From contig CAKKNE010000003.1 of the NCBI GenBank assembly GCA_918797485.1, positions 1,240,001-1,304,000 on the forward strand: a stretch of DNA of 64,000 nucleotides, in the 5' to 3' direction. The DNA is from Pelagomonas calceolata (lineage: Eukaryota). The notes beneath the pieces are model-generated. The model was given only the letters and a program-made list of their open reading frames with translations, was not told where the DNA came from and did not search any database. Below are positions 12,401 to 24,325 of the stretch, piece by piece (within the stretch, counting starts at the first letter, position 1; each line of letters begins with the position of its first letter). Both the position numbers and the translations under genes were made by a program.

Positions 12401-13101
12401 TGCGCGCGAAGAAATTACATGTTTTGGCGGCACTCGAGGTCGAACGCTTCCGGAAGAAGGCGCTGGATCTAACGACGACGAATGGGGATATTGCGCAAAC
12501 GACGGCGGCCACGCTAGACACGTTGATGACGCAGGACGCCGACAGCGGCACGGGCGCCGGTAGAAAAATAATGGACAACGCGTGGCGCGGCGCGGCCTGC
12601 TACCACTACTACTGTTTAGCTCATAGACAATTGTATGATGCGCAGTACGTCGACGCCATGAAAACTAGTATTAGACTCTCGGAGTACGAGGACATCCTGC
12701 CCAAGGTCGATATATATAGCCTGGTGGCATTGTCGGCGTACCATGCCAAGGACTGGTATGTTTGTTCTAAAGCTTTTATTAAGCTCGAAACTTTAGATGA
12801 TCCTCCACAGTGTGATGATGAGAAGGAGGATTATCTGGAGGAAATTCAGAAATTAGCTATTGATATCTTTACGGACCACGCGCCCGGCGACAAGAGTCCC
12901 AATAATTTAGACCCGTGCTACTTCGAGTGCCTGAACATGGGCGTTGGGTATGCCGCGTGTACCAAGACTGGAAGAGCTGTACTAGATGGCCGCACCATAA
13001 AATGCAAGACGTGCCGGCACCACGCGATCGAGAGCGCGCTCGACGGGGCGAACTGCTGCCCGCTCTGCCACTCGGCCTACCCGGACGAGTACCGCTCCTG
13101 A
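9496..13101 (+). CDS. WDR35: WD-repeat protein 35 / intraflagellar transport protein 121
   Basis: MFVYLSKKIAIPN start, NLSMNQTLEGH, WFEEMINNRNRS, PHPRLW, C-terminal CKTC...CPLCH zinc site. Confidence 0.95.
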   Translation: MFVYLSKKIAIPNGVKLHSLAWNPDHGWLAAGGADGLLKVLKLDAPRPAGATQAPSNLSMNQTLEGHQGAVVCSTWNANYRKLTTSDQNGLIIVWMLHKGVWFEEMINNRNRSVVKAMKWTPDGQKICIVYEDGAVIVGSVDGNRLWGKEMETGLTNVEWSPDASYILFVTTDSELHIYDSQGTKVKSIPSLSDRSESKKKRAGNALIVAIDWYDGMEGYADSTAPTLAVAYADGRVQLARGSDDADPIIIDSGLRLRECKWDTRGTTLALAGTSEEKKDAVVRFYSPKGVKLRSLKVPGGGINALSWEGGGLRIALAVDAYIYFANARPEHKWGLFAGEVIVAAYQPPERSGTALVFWDLRTGDKVKKRANGLRHVKAVGDHCVTICDEVDIQSKKTTHAIKLRDAIGVVVEERSSPLDPKFCSLTEHFCLVASERYVYVWQFARQQSVKGREQKMQKELISLREAGGREKVLDVEDGSSLPLNEFREDDERMRDPITAITASEKALFVGRRNGDVHEFALPTLRQKCIHRYHSAPWLLRVNCDASKIAVVDAHGRLGVLDLSAADPERRKVVRDEFSEEKEEKKDSEDVQPVMKLERKDCWDVLWAEDDADSFAAMEKTRLCVYKNLEPEEPVVCSGYLASFKDLQVTSVVLEHVVQSPDKVQKDSVVSNDTARLRELKDKIAQTGASDAYNFVDANPHPRLWRHLAEAALEALDLQCADKAFVRCSDYQGIQFVKRLRALSDRMKRKAEVAAFFGRFEEAEQIYRDIDRKDLAIDLRTRLGDWQRVAELVRSGAGDDKTLQASYLKLGDHYAGRSRWSRAREFYDLAGDVEKRASCYYRLEDFDALEKLLSNLPERHPLLGELGRMFESVGLHTPAVDAYLRANEPKQAVDCCVLLNQWERAAEIAEDHGYQQIEGLLAKRSGQLLREGQKLLAVELYRRANRPTDAAKLLATIAEEVGVKNACPVRAKKLHVLAALEVERFRKKALDLTTTNGDIAQTTAATLDTLMTQDADSGTGAGRKIMDNAWRGAACYHYYCLAHRQLYDAQYVDAMKTSIRLSEYEDILPKVDIYSLVALSAYHAKDWYVCSKAFIKLETLDDPPQCDDEKEDYLEEIQKLAIDIFTDHAPGDKSPNNLDPCYFECLNMGVGYAACTKTGRAVLDGRTIKCKTCRHHAIESALDGANCCPLCHSAYPDEYRS

Positions 13102-13125
13102 TCCCGTCTAACACATCATTAGAGC

Positions 13126-13485
13126 CTAGGGGTCGCGGTCCGTGCGCCAGAACTCGAGGATCTTCCAGAACAGGACGTCGGGGAGTGGGCTGCCAATCGA
13201 CTGCAGCCGACGCCGCGGCGCAAAGAGGCGCGTCAGGACCCCCCGCGTCGCGACCGCGCGACCGCTCTCCGCGAGCTTGCGCAGAACGACGAGCTGGACG
13301 CGAGGCTCCGCCGCGTAGCGCTTCCAGCTTCCCGCCGCGCGCACCGCCGTTAGCAGTTCAATGAACGCCTCGACGCCGCCGGGCCGCCGGCAACGGTACG
13401 GCCTCTCGGGGATGCCTTCACCAGTATATATCTCGTTCGACAATTTATGTCGCGCAAGCGCCTCTGCGTTGCGGCCATCGACGGC
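13126..13485 (-). pseudogene. 3' fragment resembling the C-terminal tail of algal ankyrin-repeat family proteins
   Basis: DGRNAEALAR...LLTAVRAAGSWKRY...PR..LVVLR.L...GRA...LPDVLFWKILEFW. No ankyrin repeats upstream; it runs directly into the opposite-strand VTC sequence. Confidence 0.4.
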
Positions 13486-14480
13486 GGTGCGCGCCGCCAT
13501 CGACACGAATCTTTGTTTGGTGAGCGAGGTTGCAAGTGAGGAGGTCGACGAGAGCGCTCTCCAGAGGTGGTTTGGCAACTACCGCGGTACCAGCGTCGCG
13601 AGGTTCCCCTTCGCCGTGCTCGAGATCAAGCTCGCGCTCGACGACGCCGACGATTTACCGGGATGGGTCAAGCCCATCGTCGACGACCTCGTGCCGGTGC
13701 ACAAGTTCTCGAAGTATATGCCTGTGTTCGTGAGCCTCAACGCCGCGTCGATGGCGTGGGGCGCCTGAAGTTTGATTTCCACACAGGTATATACATGGGG
13801 CCGCAACCTTACTCCCGGACGAGGTCCAGGCCGTGCCCTACTGGACCGACGAGCCGGCGCTCAAGCAAGAGGCGAGCTTCCAGACGCCCGTCAAGGCCGC
13901 GCTGAAGTCGCCCGAGTCGTTTGGGAACCGAGCCGTCGGGGCGGCGGCGTTGCGACCGGTCGCCCGCGAGTGGCACGACGGCGAGCGGCGCACGCAAGCG
14001 TCGATCCAACGGCGCGAGGAACCGGGATGTTTTCAGACCGTCGCTGAAGCCGGTCCCCTGGAGCCCGGGCGCGTCCTCGAGGGCGGCTGCTGTGAGACGG
14101 AGCGCGAGCCGGCTGCCGGACTGTTGATGCCCAAAGATTTGTTCGCGAACGAGCGCACGTTCATCCATTGGCTACATATGGCTGTTATTCTCGTATCCTT
14201 CGGCTCCACGGCCTTCGCCTTCGCCGACGCCGGCGCCCGGTTCATCTCGCCGGCGGCGCGCTTCCGGGCCGCGTGCTACGGGGGCATGCTCTGCGTCGGC
14301 GCGTCCGTTTTAGCTTGCTACGCGTTGCTGACGTACCGCTGGCGCGCCAGACACATCCTCGCCAAAGATCAGCCCGAGTGGGGCGACCCCCAGGGACCGC
14401 TCCTCGTGACGTTCGTCGTCGTCTTCATGCTTCTCTCGGCCTGGGTCGCGGAGATGAAGGTGTGGCTCTCGTCTACGTGA
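13484..14480 (+). pseudogene. 5'-truncated VTC (vacuolar transporter chaperone / polyphosphate polymerase family) gene with DUF202 membrane domain
   Basis: VRAAIDTNL and FPFAVLEIKL motifs. Removing intron 13714-13786 gives VHKFSK|YIHGAATL...VPYW. C-terminal FANERTFIHW plus 3 TM helices. Most of the tunnel domain is absent. Confidence 0.7.
13722..13786 (+). mobile_element. Introner element (shortened); intron 13714-13786
   Basis: CTGTG...TTGATTTCCACACAG; TSD GTATATGC / GTATATAC (7/8). Confidence 0.8.
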
Positions 14481-14556
14481 GGCGTCGCCGTGAACCCGCG
14501 AACGACCTTTCCCCCCTGGTGTATATAAAATTATATCAAGTTAGAGGTATCTGCTT

Positions 14557-14580
14557 GCTAGTGTCTTACGTACCGCTAGC
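14557..14580 (-). promoter_or_regulatory. Conserved upstream motif copy
   Basis: GCTAGTGTCTTACGTACCGCTAGC, upstream of the giant gene. Confidence 0.7.
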
Positions 14581-14790
14581 TAATCTTTTGCAGGGCCCCC
14601 GCTCAACTCCTCAGTCGTGCCATATCGCTGCCAGCTGAGTGGGAGCAGCAGCGCTTTAGTTCGCAGCGATCCAGCAGAGGACCGCTGCAAGCGCTGAAGG
14701 CACGAAAGCACGCCTGCCAGCGAGGGCAGCAAGCGAGGCCACATCGCCGGCGCGGCGTGGGGTCGACCCAGCGACGAATCAAACCAGTAA

Positions 14791-17700
14791 ATGAACGGTG
14801 ACACCATGGGCGGCGGCGCCAGCGGCCACCTCGCGTCTCCACCCACGTCGCCCTTGCAACCGCCCGCGCCGCCGACGGCCGCGGCGCTGCGAGAACTACA
14901 AAAGAGGAAGCGCGTCGCGAGCGAGGACACGGACCAGCTCGTGGACTGCTACCCTTATGCTTTCTCGCCATTATTACTCTTCGCGCCGAGCGCATACTTC
15001 GACCGAGGTTATAGTAATTACCACGCGGTCGCGCAGTTCTTCTCGGGAGTGTTGGAGGTTGATATGCTCACGAACGTACTAGCAGACCGAAAAAACATGC
15101 TCTACGAGGAACTGTTGGAATATGTCCAGTCCCAGCAGATGCTCGTGACGTGCTGCATCGACGCTCATTTTACGGCCTTCCAGTGTCTGGAACGAGGTGC
15201 GGTGGTACATTACGATCCCGCTGGAGGCGGCCAGAAACTCCTAACAGGAGACGGCGCCCAGTCGCACGTCCTGTGGCACTTGCTGAAATGTGGCTACGGC
15301 AACAGCCAACACATCCAGGAAAATCCTGAAGAATATTATACTAGCTTTCATGCACCTTCTGTACGTAGAAAAATCTTCAAGATGTACCGGGACCTGAACC
15401 GGAGGTACGGGAGGAGTGGCGCTGGCTTCGAAAAACCGATAAGGCTGGACTTACAGGAGTGGTACTTGGTGAATAGGGCCTCGAATCCATCGGAAATGGA
15501 CGCCCAAAGAACAGGAAACACGTGCTACTTCCAGACGTTTTTATTCGCGTTGCTGTGTCGCGCGGGCGGGCCGTTGACTATCCAGGGTTCGACGTTACAT
15601 GTTCCCGATCCAGCTCGCCTGGAACGGTGCTCCGTGGCTGTAGCTCGCTTCTTATTGGAGTTCTGGCGGGGCCCCGACGGGTGCTTGCGGCCCCTCACGA
15701 ACGCGAATGTACTCCTAGACTTTTCAAGGTACAAGGCGGCGCCCTACTTCGACCTCTGCGTCAAGTACCTCGCAAAGTATTCGACGACCGTAAACTACGC
15801 CCGGCAGATCAGCGAGGTCCACTCCTACTTATGTCGTACTCGTATCTTACACCGCTACGCCGACTTCTCGTTAGTCGGGGCAGTATCATCAGCCCCGAAT
15901 ACGAAACAACTACAGCGAATAGGCCACGCGAACGACGATGCGGTATCTCAGTTAGCACGAGCGCACTTCTACAAGTACCGAGCGACGTCCCTCGCGTTCG
16001 GCTTCCACGCGCAAATTGTCCTTAGATTGAGAGACTTCGCGGGCTTCCACTCGCTGCGAAAGAACTGCTTGCTAGATCACTACGCGGACCTGCAACCGAT
16101 TCTCTCTTCAATATTGGAAGCGCCGTTGCTCCAGAGGGGTCTACACAGAGACTACTACTTCTACGGCCAGTACGAGAACGGCCAGAAGGAGTTGAGAGAT
16201 GCGCACCACTACCTGTACGCTGTGGACCTGTTAGCTCTACTCAAACAAGAAAGAAAAACGGACCGGGACCTCGAGACGCGAATCCGAGCCGCGAACCATA
16301 TTCTGGCTGAAAGTGCGAGGTTCTCGACGTCGCGCGCGGCGGACTACGACGAATTGTTAGATGAGGACGAGTTCCGGAGATCGAACCACCGCCAACTATT
16401 CCTGGACCACTTTCCTAGTCATGCGTTTTTCGGGGAATATGTTTCATTGGGATTTCCCGACGAGGACCTGAGGACCAAGGACATCAATACTCTCAGTCGA
16501 GCTGCGTTCTACACGACGAAGCTCATGTCTCGGTCGTCGGGAAGGATGGAATATGATTTCGCGAAGGAGGCGATCAATCAGATGGCGCGCAATGGCCTGA
16601 GGCGGTACGAAGGCACGATGGGTAATACACCCCAAGCCAAAGAGAGGACCATCGTCCATCTCAGGATCGGTCAGGGCTTCGCCTGGACGAAGTACAATAG
16701 ACCTCTGCATTTTCTGAGCGTGGTCGAGCGGTACTGGCGGAATCCTGATCTCACGGGTCTACAGTTGTTCGGGAAAGATGTTCGCTCTTTGTTAGCTATC
16801 TCGTGCCAGAAACTCGTCGACGATTCTAGTCATTCGTCATATGCCTACGGTCCGATACAAATGAACACGCATGGTGAGTTGGATCTGGCCGTTGCCGCGG
16901 ACCATGCTCAGGTGGTACCCGGTTGCACGTCGGGTCGAGGCGATGCTACGAATGTCATTGCCGTCGATCGGGTCTTCGAACGGAGTTACTTACAAAGGGC
17001 CTTGGAAGGATTATGTAGTAGGGTGGACGGCGAGATCCGGACCGACGACGCGGAGATCAACCTAGCTTTGTTGTCGTTGCTGTTGGACTTTGGGTTATTT
17101 AGATACGCTTCTTTGCTGCGATTGCCGTCGCTACCAGCCGCGGGCCGAGGAGATTTGAGGCAGCTCCAAGTCGAGGTCTCCGATTCCATCCACGAACGAG
17201 ATAAGAAAACGACGCAGGACGGCGTCACGCGTTTAAGGGTGGAAGATTTACTGTTTGAGGTCGCCCACAAGTTCCTGGTGAATCGACGGGTCGACGCGCG
17301 CGGTTACGCGAACAAGGTCATACGAGCCTTACAAGCGGACCCCGAATACCGGGACTACGTGTTACTAGTGAAGATCTACGTCTCCTTGTGCCAGATCAAC
17401 AAGTCCGCGGAGGTCGATTCTTATAAACTCAAGGTTGACGGCGCGTTTCGGATCGTGGTCCCGAGGCAGTTCTCCGTGGCCACGTCCGATTATTTAGATT
17501 TGATCACGAGACGGCACACCTTCACGGAATCTAACGGATTGATAAAGTACGACGAGCTGCCCTTGTTCGACCTTGGGGACGGAACGCAGCAACCGGACGT
17601 CCAGCTCTACAAGGTGCGGGTCGATCCTCGCCGACCTGGTGTAGAAAGTGTGGTGAGGTACGTGGAGATCCGGAACGTGTTTCGGTCAACATCAGATAAA

Positions 17701-20700
17701 TATCTACTGTTCGTCGCGGACGCGGCGTTGCGGGTCGACGCGACGCCCACGGGCGTGGAGGTACGCGTCAACCAGACGCGCGTAGAGGTCTGTGCCGCCT
17801 TTTTTAATGATGCCGTCTCCTTTGTCCCTTGTTTCACGTACGCCGACTCGGAAGACGCTGTTTTATTAGCGTCGAGACACATTACGTACCATGTGGATGG
17901 CGGCGGCCAGCACCACGTCGACTACTACGGTGCTGACTCAGCGTCTGTTTCCGAACTTCAAGCTGCGTCGACGCCGTCTTCATGATCACACAGAGAGCCT
18001 ACGCGCGTCGTGAATCAATCCGTTCCACACAGGCATGAAGCACGAGGTGGTCGAGTGTATTGATAGCGACGAGTGTTTCGTGGATCTGAACGACGAGCAC
18101 GCCTTCCAGACGTCGCATCTGAATGATCTCGTGACGGAAAGTAAGGTTACGTTCTACCACCCGGACTACGTGTTACAAGTACCTTCGCGGCAGCACTTGA
18201 TTAACTTGTTGGATCTAGCGGCGCATCTGCGGAACGTTTCATTATTTATCTTGGTGCTGTTTCAGCTAAGAAGGGCCAGTGTAAAACTCGACTACAAGTT
18301 CCGGGACGGCAAAGTGACCAAAATTTCCGGTCCGTGGCAGGAGGCCATCAGATATGTGCTCGGCTCGTCACAAAATAAGGAGTACGACGCTCTCTTCTCG
18401 AAGCAGTTCCACGACCTCGACCAGTTCCAAGATGACTCGTTGGACGTATTTGTCGATGCTCTATGCGACGTCTTCGTCAAGTATCACAGAGACCGATCGA
18501 TCGTGCCGCGACCGAAGCAAAGATCATTTTTGCGGAAGATCATCGAGGCGAAGGAGTGCTTCCACTTTTCCGAGGTCGGCTCGGCACGGACGCGGCGCGA
18601 GAAGGGAGCTTCAACTTGAGACGTCGGCGTCGGCGTCGACGTGGCCGCGAGAGAGTCGACGCGTCTCGTGCGGGAGCGACGCCGTCGAGGCGGCCTCGCG
18701 CGGGAGCCGTGACACTGTGGGTCCGCGCAGGGCAAGACCAAGGTCATCCTGCCGTTGTTTTGCATGGCGTTCCTCTCGTCGAACAAGGCGGTCCGCGATG
18801 CCTTGGCGCGGGGTGGCCGCGAGAAGCGCTGTTTGGTGGTTCTGGTGCCGGAGCACCTCGTCCCGGACGCTCGCGCGCAAGTCTACCGCTACTGTTTATC
18901 GTTGAATTTTAGACAAGATTATAGGATCTACGACGACATCTTCGCGTTGTTACATGATGATGTGCGACTCGATGAGGGTCTGCGACGGACGTCCGCGTAT
19001 TCTCGATCGCTGTCTACGGGACAACCCCCAAAGAAACAGATCTTCGTCACTAGCTTCAACCAGTTCAAGAAGGCGTTGACCTACGACGCCATTTGCCGGA
19101 AGGTCTACCCGAACCGCGACCGGGTGTTAGTTTTGGTGGATGAAGTTGATGATTTCCTCGACAGAGATAAATTGGTGTTCAACATCTGCCAGAACAAGGC
19201 CAACAACTTTTCCAGGGAGACTTTGCAGAGGTATCTCGAGACGGCTAGAGCAGCTTATTTAAATGAACCTTGCCCTGAACAAGGCTCATACTGGTCTACT
19301 TTATATCAGAAATTTTTAGCCATACATAAGGAGGTCCAGGACGCGTCTCGGTCCCTAAATAAGTCCTTCGGCATCTTCAACGAAGCGACGTTACGCCATT
19401 GTTCGTCGAACATCGCGCAAGATTTAGATGGCTACCGCTCATTAATCGCGAGGCCGTACGAAAGCGTCAATAGGGCGATGCCCGGTTCCTACTACTCGGA
19501 TGTCGAAAGAACGATATATTTGACCTACTACGTCCTGCTGGAAGACGTGCAGAAGTACGACGCGTTGTTCAAGGAGGAGCGGAAGTTTCTGTCGTTCGAG
19601 TACTACTCGAAGTTCTTGAGGAAGAGTGGGGTCGAGTATGACGACTTAGTGTACGGCCACGACCCCCTCAGCCACATCATCGAGTTGCATCCGGCTACGA
19701 AAGATGGATTAACTCGTTTTCTGTACGAGATTGTGCTCAAGCGCATGGAGATCCGGGATCGGGCTCGAAGCGTGAATAGTGTTGATGTGGTCTTCAATTT
19801 TGATTGTGTCGGCTTCACGGGCACGCCGTTCATCGACAATTACCCTACGTCGTCGTATATCAGGAAGGAGAGTACTGAACAAATTCCGGATCTGATCGAC
19901 CGGGGCTTCTACGCGCATAGTGTGGAGAAGCTCTCGCAACAGGATTTTGAGACTCGATTCAGAATGTTCCAAGGCACGAACAACAATGTGACCGTGCGCT
20001 ACGCGCTGTCGGATTTCGTGGACGACGGCAATGAACTGGAGGTGCTCAAGTCAATATTGCGAGGTAACAGTATGTCGGACGAGGACCATACCATCCCAAA
20101 TGTGTTGGTGGATCTCTGTGGCGTCTTCAAACGTTCATCAGTACGAGACGTGAGGGATGTGATCGTCGCAGAAACATCTTATAAATATGTATACCACGTC
20201 GACCCGACCGACGGGGGCGATCGGATTCTATGCTGCTCCACGTCAACAGACGTGCCCTTTGATGAAGAATTTTATAAATATCTCGTGACGGAATACCAGG
20301 AGAGACTGCCGGAAGTCGTGTTCTTCTTCGTCGATAATCGCAACGTGATCGGAAAAGACGTGCCCTTCCAGCTAGCCTACCGGGAAAAGTTCTCCAAACC
20401 TTTATTTGCGGAAAGCGTCGTATTAGCTCACGACGTCGACGATTTTAGTAGAATATGGCAGGCTCTAGGTAGGTCTCGTACCATGAATGATACCTGTTTC
20501 ACGATCTACCTAGCGGGCTACTCCATGGAATATGGGCGCGAGGCTACCGATGTGTGTAGCTGGCGACTCACAAGGGATTTATATATAAAGAACTGCGACA
20601 TGCGGACCGCGGGTAATCTGTCGTCGATCTACCAGACGCTCATCGCAGTCACCAATTTGGCGAATAAACGATTCTACCACGAAGACGACATTGTGAATGA

Positions 20701-21898
20701 TTTCCTGGAGAGGATGTCTGGTTTGTTACCTGATAAAGTGGACCAACTAGCTCGGAAGTTCGCTGCCGAGATCTTTGGGAGTAGGGTATGTGCGGGCATC
20801 GTCTGCAACATCCTGCGGTCGAAATTCGCCGTATCGACGTCCGAACACGTGCGGAACGTGGCGCCGTCCGAAGATGTCGTCAAAAGGTTGTTAGTGGAGT
20901 TGTCTAGAGCGAAGCACGAAGTTCGTAGTACCTCGAACGACGTTTATGATCTGGTAGTAGCGTTCCTGTCCGGCGACGCGAACGACGAGGGCCAGGAGAT
21001 ATCCTACACGAAGCAGCAGCAAAAACAAAAGCAGAAACAGCAAAATAAGAACATGGACAGCGACACGATGGAGTCGTGGGATAAGCGGCACCAGCTACCT
21101 TTGGCTTTCGAGGAGAGTGACTACTACCAAGCCTCGAAGAGGGGAGAGGACCGTGTGTCACATTGTCTGGCTTTACCGATCCCCAAAGCTTGTTTTCGCG
21201 TGGCCTACACTACGATGGGTAGGAGGCGCACGATACGTTTGTTTCCGACGGTGCAATTTGTGTATTCCCATCATATAAAACCCCAGTATGTGGATGAAGC
21301 GTTGCGAAGTGCCGTTAAAAGTGGCTTGCGACAACCTGATGTGAGACAATGGTTCTGGAAGTGTATCAATTCAAATGATGCCCAGGAGGAGGACGATGCC
21401 GGTGGTGCGATGAATGTTAAGGTAGAGGCCAATTTATTAAGGCAGAACCCGCAGTACTCGTTGCTCGCTCTGCGACGGGGCGTGTATCTTATAGGCACGA
21501 AGGACCAATTTAACGGATTTGAAGTATCTACGTCGCCGCTCGCCCAGGACGCGCGCTACGTCGTCGACGAGGCGGGCTTCGTTTTGTATGACGCGGATCC
21601 TTCATCATCGCGCGACTTGGATGGCTTCGGGCCTTATGGCATCGAGCAGTCCGTGCTCGCCGATTCCTTGTCGAAATCCGAGGTCGCCAGGAACGTCCTC
21701 GACTACTATGTTGATAGAAAGCGGGACTTGCAGCGGTGCCTCGACAACTACTCGGGCGCGGCGGGCGCGGGTTTCGTTTGTTGGCGGTTCGTGATGATGG
21801 ACGCGTCGCGCGCTCGTTGTTTGTCGCACTCGGGTGACGGGGACGTGCGCATGGCTGCCGATGCGGCGGCCTCGCGGGACTTCATGGCGCCGGACTAG
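14791..21898 (+). CDS. Giant (~2285 aa) protein: N-terminal cysteine-protease-like domain + C-terminal SF2-helicase-like (DUF3638-like) P-loop domain
   Basis: Three ORFs join in frame via introns 17930-18032 (GT-AG) and 18584-18730 (GC-AG). Motifs DAHFTA, HYDP, QRTGNTCYF; EVGS|GKTKVILP, LVDEVD, GFTGTP, QALGRSR. Confidence 0.7.
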
Positions 21899-21910
21899 AT
21901 ATTCCTAAGT

Positions 21911-24325
21911 TTAACGTGTGTTTATCGCTCCGCCCCGTGTGAGCGTCGCCCGCACGGCCTTCTGGCGGTTCGCGTCGGCGCCGGACGTGAAGTTTGTGGA
22001 CGACGCGAAGGGCGGCCGGCCGAGGCCCCTCGTCAGCGTCAGCGCGGCCCGGAGTTCGGGGACCGCCGCCGGCTCGCCGACTAGCTTGTCGAGGAGGAAC
22101 GCGGCGCAGTCGACCAGGACGTCATCAGGTCGCCGCGAATCGTGCTTGCCACCCTCGTCGACCCGAAGCGTCGCGGTACTCTTAAATGCCTCCTGGAGCT
22201 TTTCCGAGTGCTTGAGGCCGACGAACGTGTCCTTAGATCCATGCACTAACAGAATCGGACAGACCGGGGCCACCGCGTCGACGCGCATGTCAGAAATCTT
22301 GAAGCCCGCGCGGTAGGCGACGGACCGACTCACAACCCCCATCGCGGCGTCGACCTGTGTGGAAATAAAAATTTTACTGCGCGTTCGTGCTGAATCGCCG
22401 CGTCGTCCTCCACGCCATCGACGCGACGCCTGCTCGATGGCGTGGCGATGCCGGTTCCTCGCCGCTCGACGGAGCCAGGACGGCCGCGTCGTCGCCGCGA
22501 GATGACTTAGTGAGCACCCGACACACTGGTTGATTTCCACACAGGCGTCGACGAGCACCGACCCGACCTTCTCGTCCAGTAGGTCGTGGACGAGCATTGG
22601 GAGCGAGGCGAAGGCCGAGTCCGCGATCACGCACGACACGAGGGGGTCCAGTTTTGCCGTACACATCAGCGCCGTCGCCGCGCCCATCGACCGCCCCCAC
22701 AACGCGACCTTACCATTCGACCGGCCGCCGCTCCGGAGCTCATGCAACACGGCCTCCGCGTCGAACTTCTCGAAGTGGCCCAGGGACACGAACTCGCCCT
22801 CCGAGAGCCCGCTCCCCGCCATGTCCACGCAGCAGAGCGTGCAGCCGAGCTCGAGCACGACTTTCAGAACTTGGAGCGCCTCTAGGCGGCACGAGGCGTT
22901 GCCGTGGAGATACAGAACACAGGGAAGCTCATGTAGGTGCGCGCCGACGGGCTTCCACTGGCTGCACTTCAGTTCGACGTCTTGGCGCTGGTTGACTACA
23001 GCGAACTCCGTGCGCATGACGGTCTGCTTGCCGCCCCGGAACCGCCGCACGTACGTGAACGGCGTCGGTCCCAGCTTCTTGACGTCGTATTCGGCGCGCG
23101 GCGGCCGGATTATGAGTTTCACAACTTCACGGTAGGCCTTGCCCGACTTGCTCGACCGCGCCGACAGCGCCCGCTCGAGCACGCGGCCGTCCGGCGTCCT
23201 CGGTTTGCCAAAGACCTGCGCGTGCTGAATCATCGCGTCGTCCTCCACGCCATCGACGCGGCGCCTGCTCGACGGCGTGGCGATGCCGGTTCGTACCCGA
23301 CACACTGGTTGATTTCCACACGGCCGGCGACCGTCGTCGTCGCGGCGTCCGCGAACTGCTCCGTGAGCGTCGCGCCGTCGTCCAGGTCCTTGACGACGTA
23401 GCCCGAAACAATAGTTCTCTTCCGGGCCAGGGCGCGCGTCGCGGCCACGCAGGCCGCCAGCGCCCGCCACCATCCGTCCCGCGCCGCGGCGTCGTCGCAG
23501 ACCATCTGGAAGCCGCCCGTGGCGCTCCCCGCGACGCGCACGTCTATGACTCTATCGCCTCCATTATGAATCGAGACGTCGCCGTGCCGCAGCGAGACGG
23601 CGCCGCAGGGTTGGGGGTCGTTTTCTCTGTTGTACCACCTTAAAGTCCACCGCGTCTGCTCGTCCTCGCCCGGGATCGGCCCCAGCACGAAGTGCCGCCG
23701 CCGCCGCCGCCGCGTGCTGCCCCACTGGTTCCGCAGCACTCGCGTCGCGTTGCCGCGGCGCGTGGGCCAATTCGGGTCAGCGTCGACAGGCTCGCCGCCG
23801 GTCCACGAGCTTTTGGGGGGCAGCGGCGGTGGGTCGGCGCGCACGACGCGCGTGTTTGTCGAGCGCAGGTTCACCTGGATCATGCGCGTCGTCGGGATGC
23901 CGCGCCTGTGTGGAAATCAAATTTACGGCGCGTTCTCATCCACGCCATCGACGCGACACCTGCTCGATGGCGTGGCGATGCCGATTCCTCTCCAGTCAAG
24001 ATGCACCTGACACACGGGTTGATTTCCACACAGTGCAGCGCAGGCGGCTCGACGTGGCCTTCATGCCCCAGCGAATCTCGAACGGCAGGTGGTCGGAGAG
24101 TCGTACGCACCCGCCGCTCGGCCGCGCCCGCATCGCCTCCTCGATGACGAGGCACTGGTGCGCCGGGTACGGCTCCCAGGCCGCGTCAGGCCCCATTCTA
24201 TGCGAGAACGTCTTCAGCGGCACGCGTTCCTCGTCGTCGCCCTCGTCGTCCACGCCGCATTCTAGGCCCACCAGAGCAATAGGCTCCGGCGCCTTCTTTT
24301 TGCGTTTCCGGAACCACGACGCCAT
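21911..24325 (-). CDS. WWE + PH-like + alpha/beta hydrolase protein (3 introner introns)
   Basis: Introns 24041-23906, 23331-23216 and 22552-22355 restore WWE (WEPYP...IEEA...MIQVN...TRVVR), PH-like (RRRHFVL...LRWY...RDGWWRAL) and hydrolase (YLHGNAS, GSGLSEG, WGRSMG, HGSKD, GKH) domains. Confidence 0.8.
22355..22544 (-). mobile_element. Introner element (longest copy, 190 bp); intron 22552-22355
   Basis: TIRs CTGTGTGGAAAT / ATTTCCACACAG, perfect 8-bp TSD GCGTCGAC, internal hairpin. Confidence 0.92.
23216..23323 (-). mobile_element. Introner deletion derivative; intron 23331-23216
   Basis: Colinear with 22355-22544 but lacking the left TIR and the middle; flanks CCAAAGAC / CCGGCGAC. Confidence 0.82.
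23906..24033 (-). mobile_element. Introner element; GC-AG intron 24041-23906
   Basis: Perfect 15-bp TIRs CTGTGTGGAAATCAA; TSD TGCCGCGC / TGCAGCGC (7/8). Confidence 0.9.

Noticed and set aside
9496..21898. Lower-GC block as a viral or horizontally acquired island
   Set aside because: The same composition extends over conserved host genes (WDR35, Serinc, GlnRS); no viral hallmark genes or boundaries were seen.
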